Assembly: GCA_963722735.1 (NCBI GenBank)
Contig: CAVROH010000013.1
Location: 2,942 to 66,941, forward strand
Direction of reading: 5' to 3'
DNA length: 64,000 nucleotides
Source: an uncultured Chloroflexia bacterium
Lineage (GTDB): Bacteria; Chloroflexota; Anaerolineae; Anaerolineales; UBA11579
Shown here: piece by piece, positions 1 through 10,662 of the stretch
How positions within the stretch are numbered: the first letter of the stretch is position 1
Layout of the letters: the number at the start of each line of letters is the position of its first letter
The notes under the pieces: generated by a model
Seen by the model: the letters and a program-made list of their open reading frames with translations, nothing else
The model's database searches: none
Told to the model about the DNA's origin: nothing
Translations under genes and position numbers: made by a program

Positions 1-163
1 CCGGCTTGTTCTACCAATTGGTCCAGGGAGATCGGATCAGGGGAGAGGTAAATTGCCCCATAGATCGCCCCCATCGCTTTTGGGAAGCCCCAGAAATTGC
101 TGATCCGGCTCATCCCCTGAATGAAATGCTGTCTCGGCGATTGATCAAGGTGGGTTCTGACAT
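1..163 (-). CDS. GbsR/MarR-family transcriptional regulator, N-terminal part (runs off window; frameshift near start)
   Basis: Manual translation gives QGMSRISNFWGFPKAMGAIYGAIYLSPDPISLDQLVEQA, typical of the GbsR family (wG-hxr-xG-iygxLyls-xpl-sldel). ATG at 163. Confidence 0.75.
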
Positions 164-179
164 ATCGAATACCTTTATT

Positions 180-210
180 TAGTATGTTTAGTTATATACT
201 AAACAAACTA
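180..210. promoter_or_regulatory. 13-bp inverted repeat, probable autoregulatory operator
   Basis: TAGTATGTTTAGT-tatat-ACTAAACAAACTA (1 mismatch), 17 bp upstream of the GbsR-like start. Confidence 0.6.
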
Positions 211-405
211 TACAACAATTTAGATAACTTGTCAAGCAGGAGCGGAACTTTTCCAGATCCCACCCCATATCAATCGAGGAAGAGAAGATTTTGCCCGAAA
301 TTGAAACGAAATCTGATTGCAGGGAGAGTGTGCTTGGGTTAAAGTATAGTGTGAGGTTCAGGCAACCGTCCCTGGGCCTGATTTAGCTGTTCACAGGAGA
401 CCAGC

Positions 406-2484
406 ATGGAAGATCATTAAAGGCCGGCAGTTAGGCGACTATCAGATCATCGAGCAGATCGGCAAAGGTGGTATGGCCAGCGTTTTCAGGGCCTACCAGC
501 CCTCACTGGACCGTGATGTGGCGATCAAAGTGCTCCCGCCCTATTATGCCGAACAGGATGAAGCCTTTACCCAGCGTTTCAAGCGTGAGGCCAAAGCAAT
601 TGCCGATCTGCGCCATCCCAATATCCTCATGGTGATGGAGGCCGGCGAGCAGGATGACCTGGCCTACATCGTGATGGAATATGTCACGCCGGCACGCTGA
701 AGGACCGTCTCCGAAACAGCCAATCTCCCTGAAAGAGATCTACAGCCTGGTAAAGCAGATCGCCAGCGCTCTGGAACATGCCCACGAGCTGGGCATCGTG
801 CACCGGGATATCAAACCCTCCAATATCATGCTCCCGAAACCAGATTGGGCCCTGCTGACCGACTTTGGCCTGGCCCATATCGTCGGGCGGCAGCTTCCTG
901 ACCCAATCGGGGATGACGGTGGGCACCCCGGCTTATATGTCTCCGGAGCAGGGGCGCGGCGAACGTGTGGACCACCGTACCGATATCTATGCTCTTGGGA
1001 TCATGCTGTATGAGATGACCGTTGGTGAAGTGCCTTATACCGCCGAAACCCCGATGGCGGTGGTGGTCAAACATATTGTCGACCCGCTGCCGATCCCGCG
1101 TGAGAAGAACCCCAATATCCCCGAAGAACTGCAGCGCATCATCCTCAAAGCGCTGGCTAAAAACCCGGAAGACCGCTTCCAGAGTGCTGGCGAGTTTGCT
1201 GCCGCGCTTGAGCGGGTGGCGGTCGATCATCCGGATTGGTCGGCCGCCGAGATGAAAGCGGTCAATGCAGTGCGCGGACCGCAAATCGATAAGCCTGAGA
1301 CCCGCCAGCTGGACGACGAAGGAAATTGAGGCCGGGATGGCGGATGATCCCACGATCCTGCCGCCAGGTATGAAACCCTCCTGCAGGAAGCATCCGGCCC
1401 GGAGACATCGGCGGCTCAAACCAGCCGCAGCGCTGGCAGACCCGCGCTGGATTCCCAGGCCGGGGAAACCAGCTAAAAAGAAGAAGAAAGGCCGCGGCTG
1501 GATGATTGCCGGGGCGATCATCGGTGTGCTGGTCTGTGGTTTGATCGGATTGGCAGTGCTGAACGGTATCCGTGAGAACCGGCAGGCTGCTGAGAATGAT
1601 GCTCCCGTTGAGGTGATGACCGGTGAGGATGAATGACCCGGAGAGATGCCCGCCGGAAGAAGAATTTCCCGATGGCAATGGCCGAGGAAGCGATCGCCGA
1701 AGGGTTTGACCAGATCGGTGAATTGGTGGATCAGGGCGATATCGCCATGGCCCAGGAGATTTATACCCAACTGGAGGAACGCTTCCCGCGCGATCTGGGA
1801 TTTGTTCATGATGCGCCGCTTCTATCCGCTTCTCGACAGCGGTGAGACCGAGCAGGCTTTGATCCTGCTGAATGCTGCCCTGGAGGTCAATCCTGATGCT
1901 CCGCCGGAAGCATATGAAATTCCGGGTTCCTGTACTGGGAACTGGGCCACCCGATCAAGCCTTGGAAGCATTTGAGAAAGCGATTGGGCATCATCCCTGG
2001 TATGCCCCGGCCTATTCCCATATCACCAATCTGGCATATGTCAATGAGGGTGATGTGACGCTCCAAAGCAATTGATGTGATGCAGAAGATCAGTGAGTCA
2101 CATCCTAACGCCAATGCTGCCCATACACTGGGCAACCTGTATTTCCTGGTCGGTGATGAGAGCATGGCAATGATGCAGTACCATGAAGCCAAAGACCGCT
2201 ACCGGGATGCAATGAGGAGATTCTAAGAATAATGCGGGCTGGAATTCCTTGGGACTTGGTACCATGCTCTACTATGTAGATGAATCCCCAGATGAGATGC
2301 GGAAAAGCTCAACGAGGCAGAACGACTGGGTTTAAAGGACGGATGTCTGGCTGCTGGAAGAACTCGGCTGGCTGCTGTTATGAGATGGATGACTGCCAGG
2401 GCGTGAAGGAACTGCTTGCAAAATGGAAAGCCGGATCCCGGATTATGTCTGCCAACCCGAGATGCTTGAAGGGTCTGCCCGTAA
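406..2484 (+). CDS. Hanks-type Ser/Thr protein kinase with TM helix and C-terminal TPR-like region (frameshifted)
   Basis: IGKGGMASVF, VAIK, HRDIKPSN, TDFG and GTPAYMSPEQ motifs; KKKKKG followed by a TM segment; TPR-like repeats (EQALILLNAALEVNP, ALEAFEKAIGHHPWYAPAY); RBS AGGAGA before ATG 406. Confidence 0.9.
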
Positions 2485-2502
2485 ATTTTTTACTGGATCA
2501 GG

Positions 2503-2539
2503 AAAGCCCACGAGGATGAATGCTCGTGGGCTTTTTTTT
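2503..2539 (+). terminator. Rho-independent terminator between convergent genes
   Basis: AAAGCCCACGAG-loop-CTCGTGGGCTTT followed by a T-run. Confidence 0.8.
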
Positions 2540-2566
2540 GGATTCCCGGCATAAGCGATGGGGAAA

Positions 2567-3718
2567 TTACCCGAGCACGTCCGCCGGATATCGTGTTCTC
2601 CAGATACGTCCTCAAATTTTTTCAATGCTTCACCGAAACCGCGCCGTCCAAAGCCCATGCGCATATGCTGGTCATCGCTGCCCAGGTTGACTGCCGGGAG
2701 GATTAGTACCCCGGCTTCCTCTGCCAGCCGCTCGACTGAAAGCGGAGACCGAGGGGACATTGCATCCCCACCAGGGCTACCGACCCGCCTGGGGCCGCCG
2801 CCAGGTGAATAGATCCGGCCAGCGGGCAAAGAAATCATCTGCCAGGATGCAGATTCTTTCGATCAGGGCCTGGCTCCGGGCGCGGAGTTCCTCCCGAACC
2901 TGCCAGGCGGCTGCTGCCAGAAACTCAGATGGGGCTGGTGGGCAGATCGTGGTGTAGAACTTCCAGTTGAGCAAATTGTCACGCAGGGCCTAAATCCTGA
3001 ACGATCAGCCAACCGGTACGCAGGCCCGGCAATCCATAGGTCTTGGAGAGGCCGGAAAGCACGACCGCATTTTTCAATTTTCCCGGCGGCAGAGGGGATC
3101 GGCTCGGTGCCGGCATTGACCAGTCCATGATACATCTCGTCGCAGAACAGGATCAGGTCATGCTTTTCTGCAAAATCGACCAGCCGGTCCAACTCAGTTG
3201 CGGGGTGGGCAGGTAGCCGGTGGGGTTATGAGGGAAATTGACCACCAGCATGCGGGTCCTTCCACTGACCAATTTTCAAGATGGTCGAAATCCAGCAGCC
3301 ATCTTTCTTCCCCAGGGATGAATTCCCAGCGGCGCAGATTTTCTTCCCCAACCACATGGGCAAACATATTAATCAACGCATCGTAAGCCGGGTTGAGCAC
3401 GATGACCTCATCTCCCGGGTTCAGGGCGGCACGCGCCATCAGGTAAATGCCCTTCCACTGGCGCGCCGAGGATGATGACTTGATCAGCGATCCACACCGG
3501 GGTAGGCCTCGGCGATCATCTCCCGCAGTATCGGAGTTCCCTTGAGATTCGGTGTAGCCCAGTTGGAGCGCGCCGAGGTCGGCAAGCGGAATACCAGCCA
3601 TTTCCAGCAGCTCAGCGACTGTGATGGTCTCGCAGTCTGAATTGCATAGTTGGTAAGGGGTGTTGAATTCATATCGGGCGAAAAAATGCTCGGTTTGGAA
3701 GGGGGCGATCTTCATCAT
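2567..3718 (-). CDS. PLP-dependent aminotransferase class I/II (frameshifted; end approximate)
   Basis: MKIAPFQTEHFFARYEF start, NFPHNPTG, FCDEMY and GLSKTYGLPGLRTGW (PLP lysine) across frames. Confidence 0.85.
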
Positions 3719-3724
3719 GACTCC

Positions 3725-4649
3725 TTAGAGTTGCGCCTGGGGATAGAACTGCAGGATAGCGGGGGTGACATCCGCCAGGGTGTGCAGATTTTGGGTGAAG
3801 CGGCGGCGCAGATCCGGTGCGCCGATCACCAGGGCAGGGACGGGATTGCCGGTATGCCGCCGGGTATCGAGCGATTCGAGATTCCCGTGATCGGAGGTGA
3901 TCAGCACAAGCCCGGTTTGATCATCCCAGGCAGATAATAAGCCGCCGAGCACCTGGTCAAAATGTTCCAGTAGGGCAAGTGCGTCTTCCCGGTTCTGACG
4001 GTGCCCGGCGTAGTCACTGGGCCAGAATTCGAAGAAAGCCAGGTCGAGGCTAGCAGACAGCGCGGCCATTTTCTTCCCGGCCTCGTGTGGGGAATAGACG
4101 GGCACATCCGGCATCTCAGCCGGTCGCGCCAGCCTTCCCCGGTGAAATCGGCGGAAAAAGCTTGCCCATCAAACAACTCAGCCGGGCCTTTGAGCGGGAT
4201 CCCGGCGTCGGTAACCGACTGTGGGATGGCGGAATGCAGCCGTTTGCCGGAACGGATGGCAGAAAAATACCCGTCGGGATAAGCGTTCAGCAGGGCAGCC
4301 CGGTATCCGCCTTCTGCCAGGGCGCTGAACAGGGTGCCTTCTGCCAGTACGTCCCGGACTGCCTGGTTGGGTTTGGGACCGTAATGCCGTCCGATCCGCC
4401 CGGAAACATTCTTGCCGGTCAACAGGGCGGCTTGCCCGGTGGCGGACTGGGGAAGCCCTGCTACCCCATGACTGCGTCCAGGGCCAGCAGGCTGGCGCGT
4501 TCGGTCTCCAGCGGGGGCAGGTTTGCCAGCAGGCGGTGTCCATCCAGCAGATTGATGAGATTGGGCATCTCGGCGGCAGCCAGGGGATTGGTCTGCGGAT
4601 CGTCCGCGCCCAGCCCAACACCGTCCATGAAGAGGAAGAGGAATTTCAT
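3725..4649 (-). CDS. Alkaline-phosphatase-superfamily metalloenzyme (cofactor-independent phosphoglycerate mutase-like)
   Basis: MKFLFLFMDGVGLG, LPQSATGQ, DYAGH, TSDHGN and HTGNPVP motifs. Confidence 0.85.
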
Positions 4650-5222
4650 GCTCTTTGATTCGAACCACAGCCACACGGAACCCTTCTCCCCCTGATCGAA
4701 GCCATCCTCGCGCCGGGTGAGGGTCAGGAGGGCTTGGAAGGCAGCCAGATCCGTTTCGGAGATCTGATCCCCGGTGGGACTGTAAAAGCCGTAGAGCATA
4801 TAGCTGCCTCCCGGAGAGAGATGTTCGGCCACCAGGTTCTGGTAGCGCGCCCGGTCGGCGGGATCGATGATGTGATAGCAGCCGATATCGTAGATCAGAT
4901 CGTACTGGCCCTTGAAATGGGCTGGATCGGTGACATCCCCGATGTGGAACTCGATCTCCAGACCAGCAGCGCGTGCTTTTCGCCGGGCCTGGCGGATGGC
5001 TTTGGGGACAAAATCCACGCCGGTGACCTGCCAGCCGTGTGCTGCCAGGGTGATGGCATTTGTGCCGGTGCCGCAGCCCAGGTCCAGTGCCCGGCCGGGT
5101 GGGTGGCTGGCAATGAATTCTTCCAGCTCCGGCGGAGTGATGCCGGTTTCCCAGGGCGGCTTGCCCAGGTAAAAGATGCGGAAGAAAAGATTGCGGTTGA
5201 GATGTTGGATGCGCTTGAGCAT
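4646..5222 (-). CDS. Class I SAM-dependent methyltransferase (TPMT-like)
   Basis: PPWETG, ALDLGCGTG, VTGVDF and YDIGCYH. Confidence 0.85.
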
Positions 5223-5316
5223 GGTGTGATTATAATCGAGTGATCAGTGAACAGTCACCTGGGTATCAGGGAAAACCCGACACAGATATATTCATATGAA
5301 TCCAGGTGGAAGGATA

Positions 5317-5392
5317 GATTCCCGCTAAAAGCCTGCGGGAATGACATACAGATATCCAGTAGATTCTGTCATTCCCGCGGAAGCGGGAATCC
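5317..5392. repeat. Pair of REP-like palindromes (ATTCCC...GGGAAT family)
   Basis: GATTCCCGCtaaaagcctGCGGGAATGAC (5317-5345) and GTCATTCCCGCggaaGCGGGAATCC (5368-5392). Confidence 0.7.
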
Positions 5393-5411
5393 AGGGGATT
5401 AAGGGAATCTT

Positions 5412-6323
5412 CTAATCCAGCGCCAATGACAGGAAGACGTCTTCCAGGCCGGGGGTGGTCTGGCTGACGTTGACCCCCTGCAAGCCGGCTGTTTTCAGCA
5501 TGCCTGCCAGCGTGGATTTTTTGATCTTCTTATCGGTGATCACGCGCAGGTGGTCGCCGGAGAGGCCGACCCGCAGGATGCCGGGCTGACCCTCCAGTAC
5601 GGAGATGGCCTGCAGGGCGGGGTGGGCGCTGACATCCCAGGCCAGCCCGGGAAGCACATCCCGCTTGAGACGTTCGGGGGTGTCCATCGCCAGTAACTTG
5701 CCCTGGCGCATGATCCCGACCCGCTGGCAGTATTCAGCCTCGTCCATGAAGTGGGTCGTGACCAGGGCGGTGATCCCGTCCTCGACCACCTCGTAGATCA
5801 GGTCCCAGAAGGCGCGGCGGGCCATCGGGTCCACACCGCTGGTCGGCTCGTCGAGGAAGAGCAGTTTGGGCTGGTGGACGATGGCGGTCGCCAGAGCCAG
5901 ACGCTGCCGCCAGCCGACGGGCAGGTCTCTGACCATCGCGCCCGATTGGTTGAGCATCCCGACCCGGTCGAGGGTTGCCTGGAGGTAGGCCTTATCGGTG
6001 ACGGCGTACACACCGGCGTAAAATTCCAGGTTCTCCCAGACGGTCAGCTCATCATACAGGGCGAAACGCTGGGACATATAGCCAGACATGCGCCGGATTG
6101 GTTCGGGGTTGGTGCGGATATCGTAGCCGAGGACTTCGGCCTCTCCGGAGGAGGGCAGCAGCATCCCCAGCAGCATGCGGATGGTGGTGGTCTTGCCGGA
6201 GCCGTTGGGGCCGAGGTAGCCGACGATCTCTCCGGCGTTGATCTGGAAGGAGACCGCATCCACGGCGGTGAAATCGCCGAAGCGTTTGGTCAACTGGTCG
6301 GTGCGGACGACGATCTCAGTCAT
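5412..6323 (-). CDS. ABC transporter ATP-binding protein (ABC-2 exporter)
   Basis: GPNGSGKTT, LPVGWRQR and LFLDEPTSGVD; start MTEIVVRT overlaps the upstream stop. Confidence 0.92.
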   Translation of the reverse strand: MTEIVVRTDQLTKRFGDFTAVDAVSFQINAGEIVGYLGPNGSGKTTTIRMLLGMLLPSSGEAEVLGYDIRTNPEPIRRMSGYMSQRFALYDELTVWENLEFYAGVYAVTDKAYLQATLDRVGMLNQSGAMVRDLPVGWRQRLALATAIVHQPKLLFLDEPTSGVDPMARRAFWDLIYEVVEDGITALVTTHFMDEAEYCQRVGIMRQGKLLAMDTPERLKRDVLPGLAWDVSAHPALQAISVLEGQPGILRVGLSGDHLRVITDKKIKKSTLAGMLKTAGLQGVNVSQTTPGLEDVFLSLALD

Positions 6324-7305
6324 GGCTGGCTCCGTTGATCCGGTAAAGCCCGTCGGCGGAGATATGGTCAGCCAGGGCGGCGTTGAAGACATCATCCAGC
6401 ATTGGTTCTGCCGGGCTGATCGACTCCAGCGAGAGACCGGCTTCCCGGCCGGCACCTCGGGCTGCAGATTTGAGGGCCCGGGTAACGGCGCGAGCGCGGC
6501 CGGGGGCAACCCGCAGGTGCAGATGGGTGCCAAACACCTGGATATCGCGCACATCGGCGATCCCGGCGGCGATCCGGCGCCAGCCTTGCAGCGGTGTACC
6601 GTGGATCTCGAGGATCTGCCCGGCGAGGGTGGCGCGCAGCTCTGAGGGCGGGCCTTCCAGCACCAGCTTTCCGCCGACCATCATGCCGACATAGGTGCTG
6701 CGGACGGCTTCATCCATATAAGGAGTGCTGACCAGCACACCGACGCCTTCCTCGCGCACCAGGCGGATGAGCAACTGCCAGAAATCCTGCCGGGTGACCG
6801 GATCGACGCCGCCGGTGGGCTCATCCAGTAGCAGCAGGCGGGGACGGTTCACCAGCGAGGCGGCCAGCCCGAGCTTTTGTTTCATCCCCCCGGAGAGCTT
6901 CCCTGCAAGCCGGTCGGTGAATTCCCCCAGGCCGACAAAATCGAGGATCTCCAGAGTGCGGGGACGCCAGTCATCGGCGGAAAGCCCGCGCACCTCGGCG
7001 AAGAAGCGCAGGTTCTCAAGCACGGTGAGGTCATTATATAAAGAGAAGCGCTGTGAGAGATAGCCCAGTTCGCCGCGGGCTTCGTCCGGTGATTTTTGCA
7101 TGCTGATGCCGTTGATATATACCTCGCCGCTATCCGGCAGTAGTGCCCCGCAGATGATGCGCATCAGGGTGGTCTTGCCGGCGCCGTCCGGCCCCATCAG
7201 GCCAAAGATCTCACCGCTGCGCACCTGCATGGTGAGGTCCTGAACGGCCTGGTGGTCGCCAAAGCTGCGCGAGACCAAATCGACTTGAAGTAGTTTCTCA
7301 GCCAT
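6316..7305 (-). CDS. ABC transporter ATP-binding protein (ABC-2 exporter)
   Basis: GPDGAGKTT, LSGGMKQK and LLLDEPTGGVD. Confidence 0.92.
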   Translation of the reverse strand: MAEKLLQVDLVSRSFGDHQAVQDLTMQVRSGEIFGLMGPDGAGKTTLMRIICGALLPDSGEVYINGISMQKSPDEARGELGYLSQRFSLYNDLTVLENLRFFAEVRGLSADDWRPRTLEILDFVGLGEFTDRLAGKLSGGMKQKLGLAASLVNRPRLLLLDEPTGGVDPVTRQDFWQLLIRLVREEGVGVLVSTPYMDEAVRSTYVGMMVGGKLVLEGPPSELRATLAGQILEIHGTPLQGWRRIAAGIADVRDIQVFGTHLHLRVAPGRARAVTRALKSAARGAGREAGLSLESISPAEPMLDDVFNAALADHISADGLYRINGASHD

Positions 7306-7312
7306 GATGCTC

Positions 7313-8443
7313 CTAGTCCAGACGTTTGCGGAAGCGTACCGAGGCGACTACCAGCAGTCCCAATCCAAAGAGGGTCAGAAGGAGCACATCAGTCTGCATG
7401 GCGGGGATGCCGACACCCTTGAGCAGCAGGGCCCGGATGATGCTCATGTAGTAGCGCAGCGGGATGCCGTAAGAGATCCACTGCAGCACTTTGGGCATTG
7501 CCTGGATGGGGAAAAAGAAACCGGAGAGGAACACCGATGGCAGGAAGATCATATAAACGATCATCATGGCTTCCTGCTGCGTGTTGGCGATCGTCGAGGC
7601 CAGCAACCCGATTCCCAGACTGGTCATCAGGAAAACCCCGGACAGCCCGAATACGAGGATCAGGCTGCCGCGGATGGGGACGCCAAACCACAGCGAACCG
7701 ATCAGGAGCACCTCCCCGGTATTGATAAAGGCCAGGATCACATAGGGCACCATTTTTCCCAGTACCATCTCCCAGGGGCGGATCGGGGTGACGATCAGCT
7801 GCTCGATCGTGCCGCGCTCGCGTTCACGCACGATCGAGTTGGCGGTCACCATTGAGGTGAGAGTGAAGAGCACCATGCCGACGATCCCGGGGACCATGAA
7901 GTAGGCGTCTTCGAGGGTCGGGTTGTACCACACCTGGGTGCGCACTTCCACCGGCTGAAAGTTCATTCCCCCCATGCCGTTGAGCGCCAGCCGTTCTTCC
8001 TGAATGGCAGCGCCGTGGGCCTGCCCGATCAGTTGGGAGGTGGAAAGTGCAGTCTTGGCGATAGATGGATCGGAGCCGTCGATCACAAAGCCGACCTGGG
8101 CCGGTTTTCCGGTGCTCAGGCTGCGGCTGTAATCCGGGGGGATCAGCAGCCCAACCCGGACTTCACCGTACTCGATCAGCTTCTGCAATTCCTCTTCTGA
8201 GGAAACGTAATTTGTCACCAGGAAATATTCGGCGTTGCCGTAGGCCTGGATCAGGGCGCGGGATGCTTCGGATTTGTCCAGGTCATACACGGCCATGGCA
8301 ACATCGCTGACATCGTTGGTGGCGGCGTACCCCAGCAGGAAGAGCTGCATCACCGGGATGATGATGATCATCGCCAGGGTGCGGGGATCGCGTTTGATCT
8401 GGATGAATTCCTTGCGGATCAGGGAACGTAAGCGCTGGATCAT
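7313..8443 (-). CDS. ABC-2 type permease (YbhS/YbhR-like)
   Basis: MIQRLRSLIRKEFIQIKRDPRTL, IVRERERGTIEQLIVTP and six TM segments. Confidence 0.9.
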   Translation of the reverse strand: MIQRLRSLIRKEFIQIKRDPRTLAMIIIIPVMQLFLLGYAATNDVSDVAMAVYDLDKSEASRALIQAYGNAEYFLVTNYVSSEEELQKLIEYGEVRVGLLIPPDYSRSLSTGKPAQVGFVIDGSDPSIAKTALSTSQLIGQAHGAAIQEERLALNGMGGMNFQPVEVRTQVWYNPTLEDAYFMVPGIVGMVLFTLTSMVTANSIVRERERGTIEQLIVTPIRPWEMVLGKMVPYVILAFINTGEVLLIGSLWFGVPIRGSLILVFGLSGVFLMTSLGIGLLASTIANTQQEAMMIVYMIFLPSVFLSGFFFPIQAMPKVLQWISYGIPLRYYMSIIRALLLKGVGIPAMQTDVLLLTLFGLGLLVVASVRFRKRLD

Positions 8444-9067
8444 GACGCGTCTCCTGGCTGAATGCCATGCAAATAGATCTCCATCATCTGGTGGAGGATT
8501 TGATCGGGCTCCCCGATATCTACCAGTTTGCCAAACAGCCGCTGGAAGAGATAAAAAGAAAAGTTCATCCCGATGAAGGTGGCGACCATCACCGGCAGGG
8601 GGATATCGTCCCGCAACGCGCCGGGTTTGTTCTTTAAGCCGCTGGCTGAATTGGACTGCACGCGGGAATATCTCTGAGAACAGGCTGGGGAAGTGTGCCC
8701 CCTTGAACTCGACCGCCTCGATCAGCAGCAAGTTCATAAAGTCGTCGCGCTGGTTGAGGGTGCTGAACATCCGGTCGGCGGAATGGTGGATGACTTCTTC
8801 AACTGTGCCGCCCTCGTCGGCTTCCAGGGCAGGGAGGATCGTGCGGATGGGGTGGAAATGGCGGGCAACATCGGTGAAAATGGCTTCCTTGCTCTCGAAA
8901 TGGTTATAGATGCTGCCGAGGGCAATGCCGGCCCGGTCCGCGATCTGGCGCATGGAGGTGCCGTGGAAGCCCTGTCCGGAGAAGAGCTGGTTGGCGGCTT
9001 CCAGGATCTGCAGGCGGGTGCGCTCGCCTTTGGTGAGGGGATCGGTTAGGGATTGGTCTGAGGTCAT
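8440..9067 (-). CDS. TetR/AcrR-family regulator (frameshift makes it look fused to the permease in the ORF track)
   Basis: HTH: ILEAANQLFSGQGFHGTSMRQIADRAGIALGSIYNHFESKE. C-terminus lies in the 8440..8661 frame, with an ATGA overlap with the permease. Confidence 0.9.
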
Positions 9068-9094
9068 CTTGCCTCCGTGAGGATTTATATAAAC

Positions 9095-9106
9095 GAACGT
9101 ACGTTC
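9095..9106. promoter_or_regulatory. Perfect palindrome GAACGTACGTTC upstream of TetR operon (TetR operator or LexA box)
   Basis: Seen directly in an AT-rich promoter region about 30 bp upstream of the TetR start. Confidence 0.6.
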
Positions 9107-9179
9107 ATATATTATTTGAAAGTTGATCTGGAGTCAAGAGGGGAAAACCACCCTTTCACCTTTTAGGTGAAAGGGAAGG

Positions 9180-10412
9180 TTAGCTGGCGTTCTGGAGTGG
9201 TTGCCCTTCAGCCGTGCTGTGCTGGTCGAAGTTGATCATCAAAATCGGGATTAAGGCGAAGACCGAAATTACTGCGCTAATCGTGAAGGTGGTTCGCAGC
9301 CCCCAGGCATCTCCACCGATACCAAGCAATACCAGCACCAGTGAGCGCACCAGGAAGTTGATCGTCATATACAGACCGTTGGCAACCGCCCGGTTGTCGG
9401 GGACGGCATCCTGCACCAGGGCAAGGAGCACAGGCTGGGGGGCTATGGAGAAGAATCCCAGCAGCAGGAGCACTGGAATGGTCGCCCAGCCGCCCACCTG
9501 GAGGAAGACGAACATCAGAATTGATGAAAGCGATAGGCAGATCAGCAATACCGGGCGGCGGCCAAGCCGGTCGCTGGCTGTGCCGGAGAGCAGAGCTCCG
9601 GCCACACCGGCGGCTTCCAGCACGGAAAGCGAGATTGCGGCAAAGGTCAGGGAAGCGCCTTCAAAGCTGAGGAAGGTGGGCAGGTAGGTGGTGATGCTGC
9701 CGGTGAGGAAGGCGCGCGTGAAGGTTAAGAGCACAATCGGGAGGAAGAAACTGCGCAGCTTGGGCAGTTCGGTGATCAGGTTGCCGGCCTGCATGCGGTA
9801 ATCGCTGGTGGAGACATTGCGGAAGCGCCAGAAGAGGATCAGCGAGGCGGCCCAACCCAGGACTATAAGGCGGTAGATGCCCTCCAGACCCCAGAGGGAG
9901 ACTGCCGAAACAGCTACTAATGGCCCAACGGTGCGCCCAAGCTCGCCGCCTGCCATGTACAGGCTCATCCCCAGGCCGATGCGCTTGCCGGAAACGCGGG
10001 CGATCATCGCCGGAGTGGGGGCGTGGAAGGCCGCCACACTGATGCCGATGAGGATAAACAGGAAAACCAGGGTGCCGTAATTGGGCGCCAGACCCATCAA
10101 CCCGATCAGGGTGGCAGTGGCGGCGGGGGCGAAGATCACAAAATAACGCAGGCTGAGCTTGTCGGCCAGATAGCCGATGAAAGGATTAAGCACCGCGGGG
10201 AGCTGCATGAAGGCGTTCAATGCCCCGGCCATGGTCAGCGACAGCGACAGTTTTTCGATCACCAGGGGGAGTAGGGGGGCGACAAAGGCGGTGAAGGTGT
10301 CGTGGACGAAGTGCCCGCTGGCGATCGTCGCAACCAGACCGGTGCGGAATTCTTCCTGTGTCTCTATGGGGATGGTTGGTTCTGCAGCAGCGGCTTGTTC
10401 GGTGTTGGTCAT
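9180..10412 (-). CDS. MFS transporter (Fsr-like)
   Basis: GHFVHD, GYLADK, AAFHAP, GGELG and SDRLGRR; about 12 TM segments. Confidence 0.88.
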   Translation of the reverse strand: MTNTEQAAAAEPTIPIETQEEFRTGLVATIASGHFVHDTFTAFVAPLLPLVIEKLSLSLTMAGALNAFMQLPAVLNPFIGYLADKLSLRYFVIFAPAATATLIGLMGLAPNYGTLVFLFILIGISVAAFHAPTPAMIARVSGKRIGLGMSLYMAGGELGRTVGPLVAVSAVSLWGLEGIYRLIVLGWAASLILFWRFRNVSTSDYRMQAGNLITELPKLRSFFLPIVLLTFTRAFLTGSITTYLPTFLSFEGASLTFAAISLSVLEAAGVAGALLSGTASDRLGRRPVLLICLSLSSILMFVFLQVGGWATIPVLLLLGFFSIAPQPVLLALVQDAVPDNRAVANGLYMTINFLVRSLVLVLLGIGGDAWGLRTTFTISAVISVFALIPILMINFDQHSTAEGQPLQNAS

Positions 10413-10429
10413 TGGTTTGCTCTCTCGCG

Positions 10430-10557
10430 GGCATTATCGTCAGGCACATATCTTACCACTAAAAGAGGGGGCAGTCCGCTGCCTGGAGAGGAACAGCGGA
10501 AAGATCTTCGACCTCCGGCTGGTTGAGCTGGTTTTAGAAATAGTTCGTGAAAACTAA
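10430..10557 (+). pseudogene. Remnant of an HD-GYP domain C-terminus
   Basis: HYRQAHILPLKEGAVRCLERNSGKIFDLRLVELVLEIV resembles the HD-GYP tail (RPYR..EEAL..L..nsGkhFDP.lV..Fl); no upstream domain. Confidence 0.45.
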
Positions 10558-10662
10558 GTAGAGGATTAATCTTCCTCATCCTTCCCTTGACATTCTTCTG
10601 AAACCTAATATGATTGATTTCCTGTTTGAGTGGTGAAAATTAACCCGATTCAATCTGTAGAG

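Noticed and set aside
4461-5222. Methyltransferase-metalloenzyme fusion
   Set aside because: Junction has ATGA overlap geometry; an indel more likely removed the stop.
7313-9067. TetR-ABC permease fusion (584-aa ORF)
   Set aside because: The TetR C-terminus is in another frame and ends in an ATGA overlap at 8440-8443; the fusion is an indel artefact.
5412-9067. ABC exporter lacking an HlyD-type adaptor as a novel system
   Set aside because: Adaptor-less ABC-2 exporters are common in monoderm-type envelopes.
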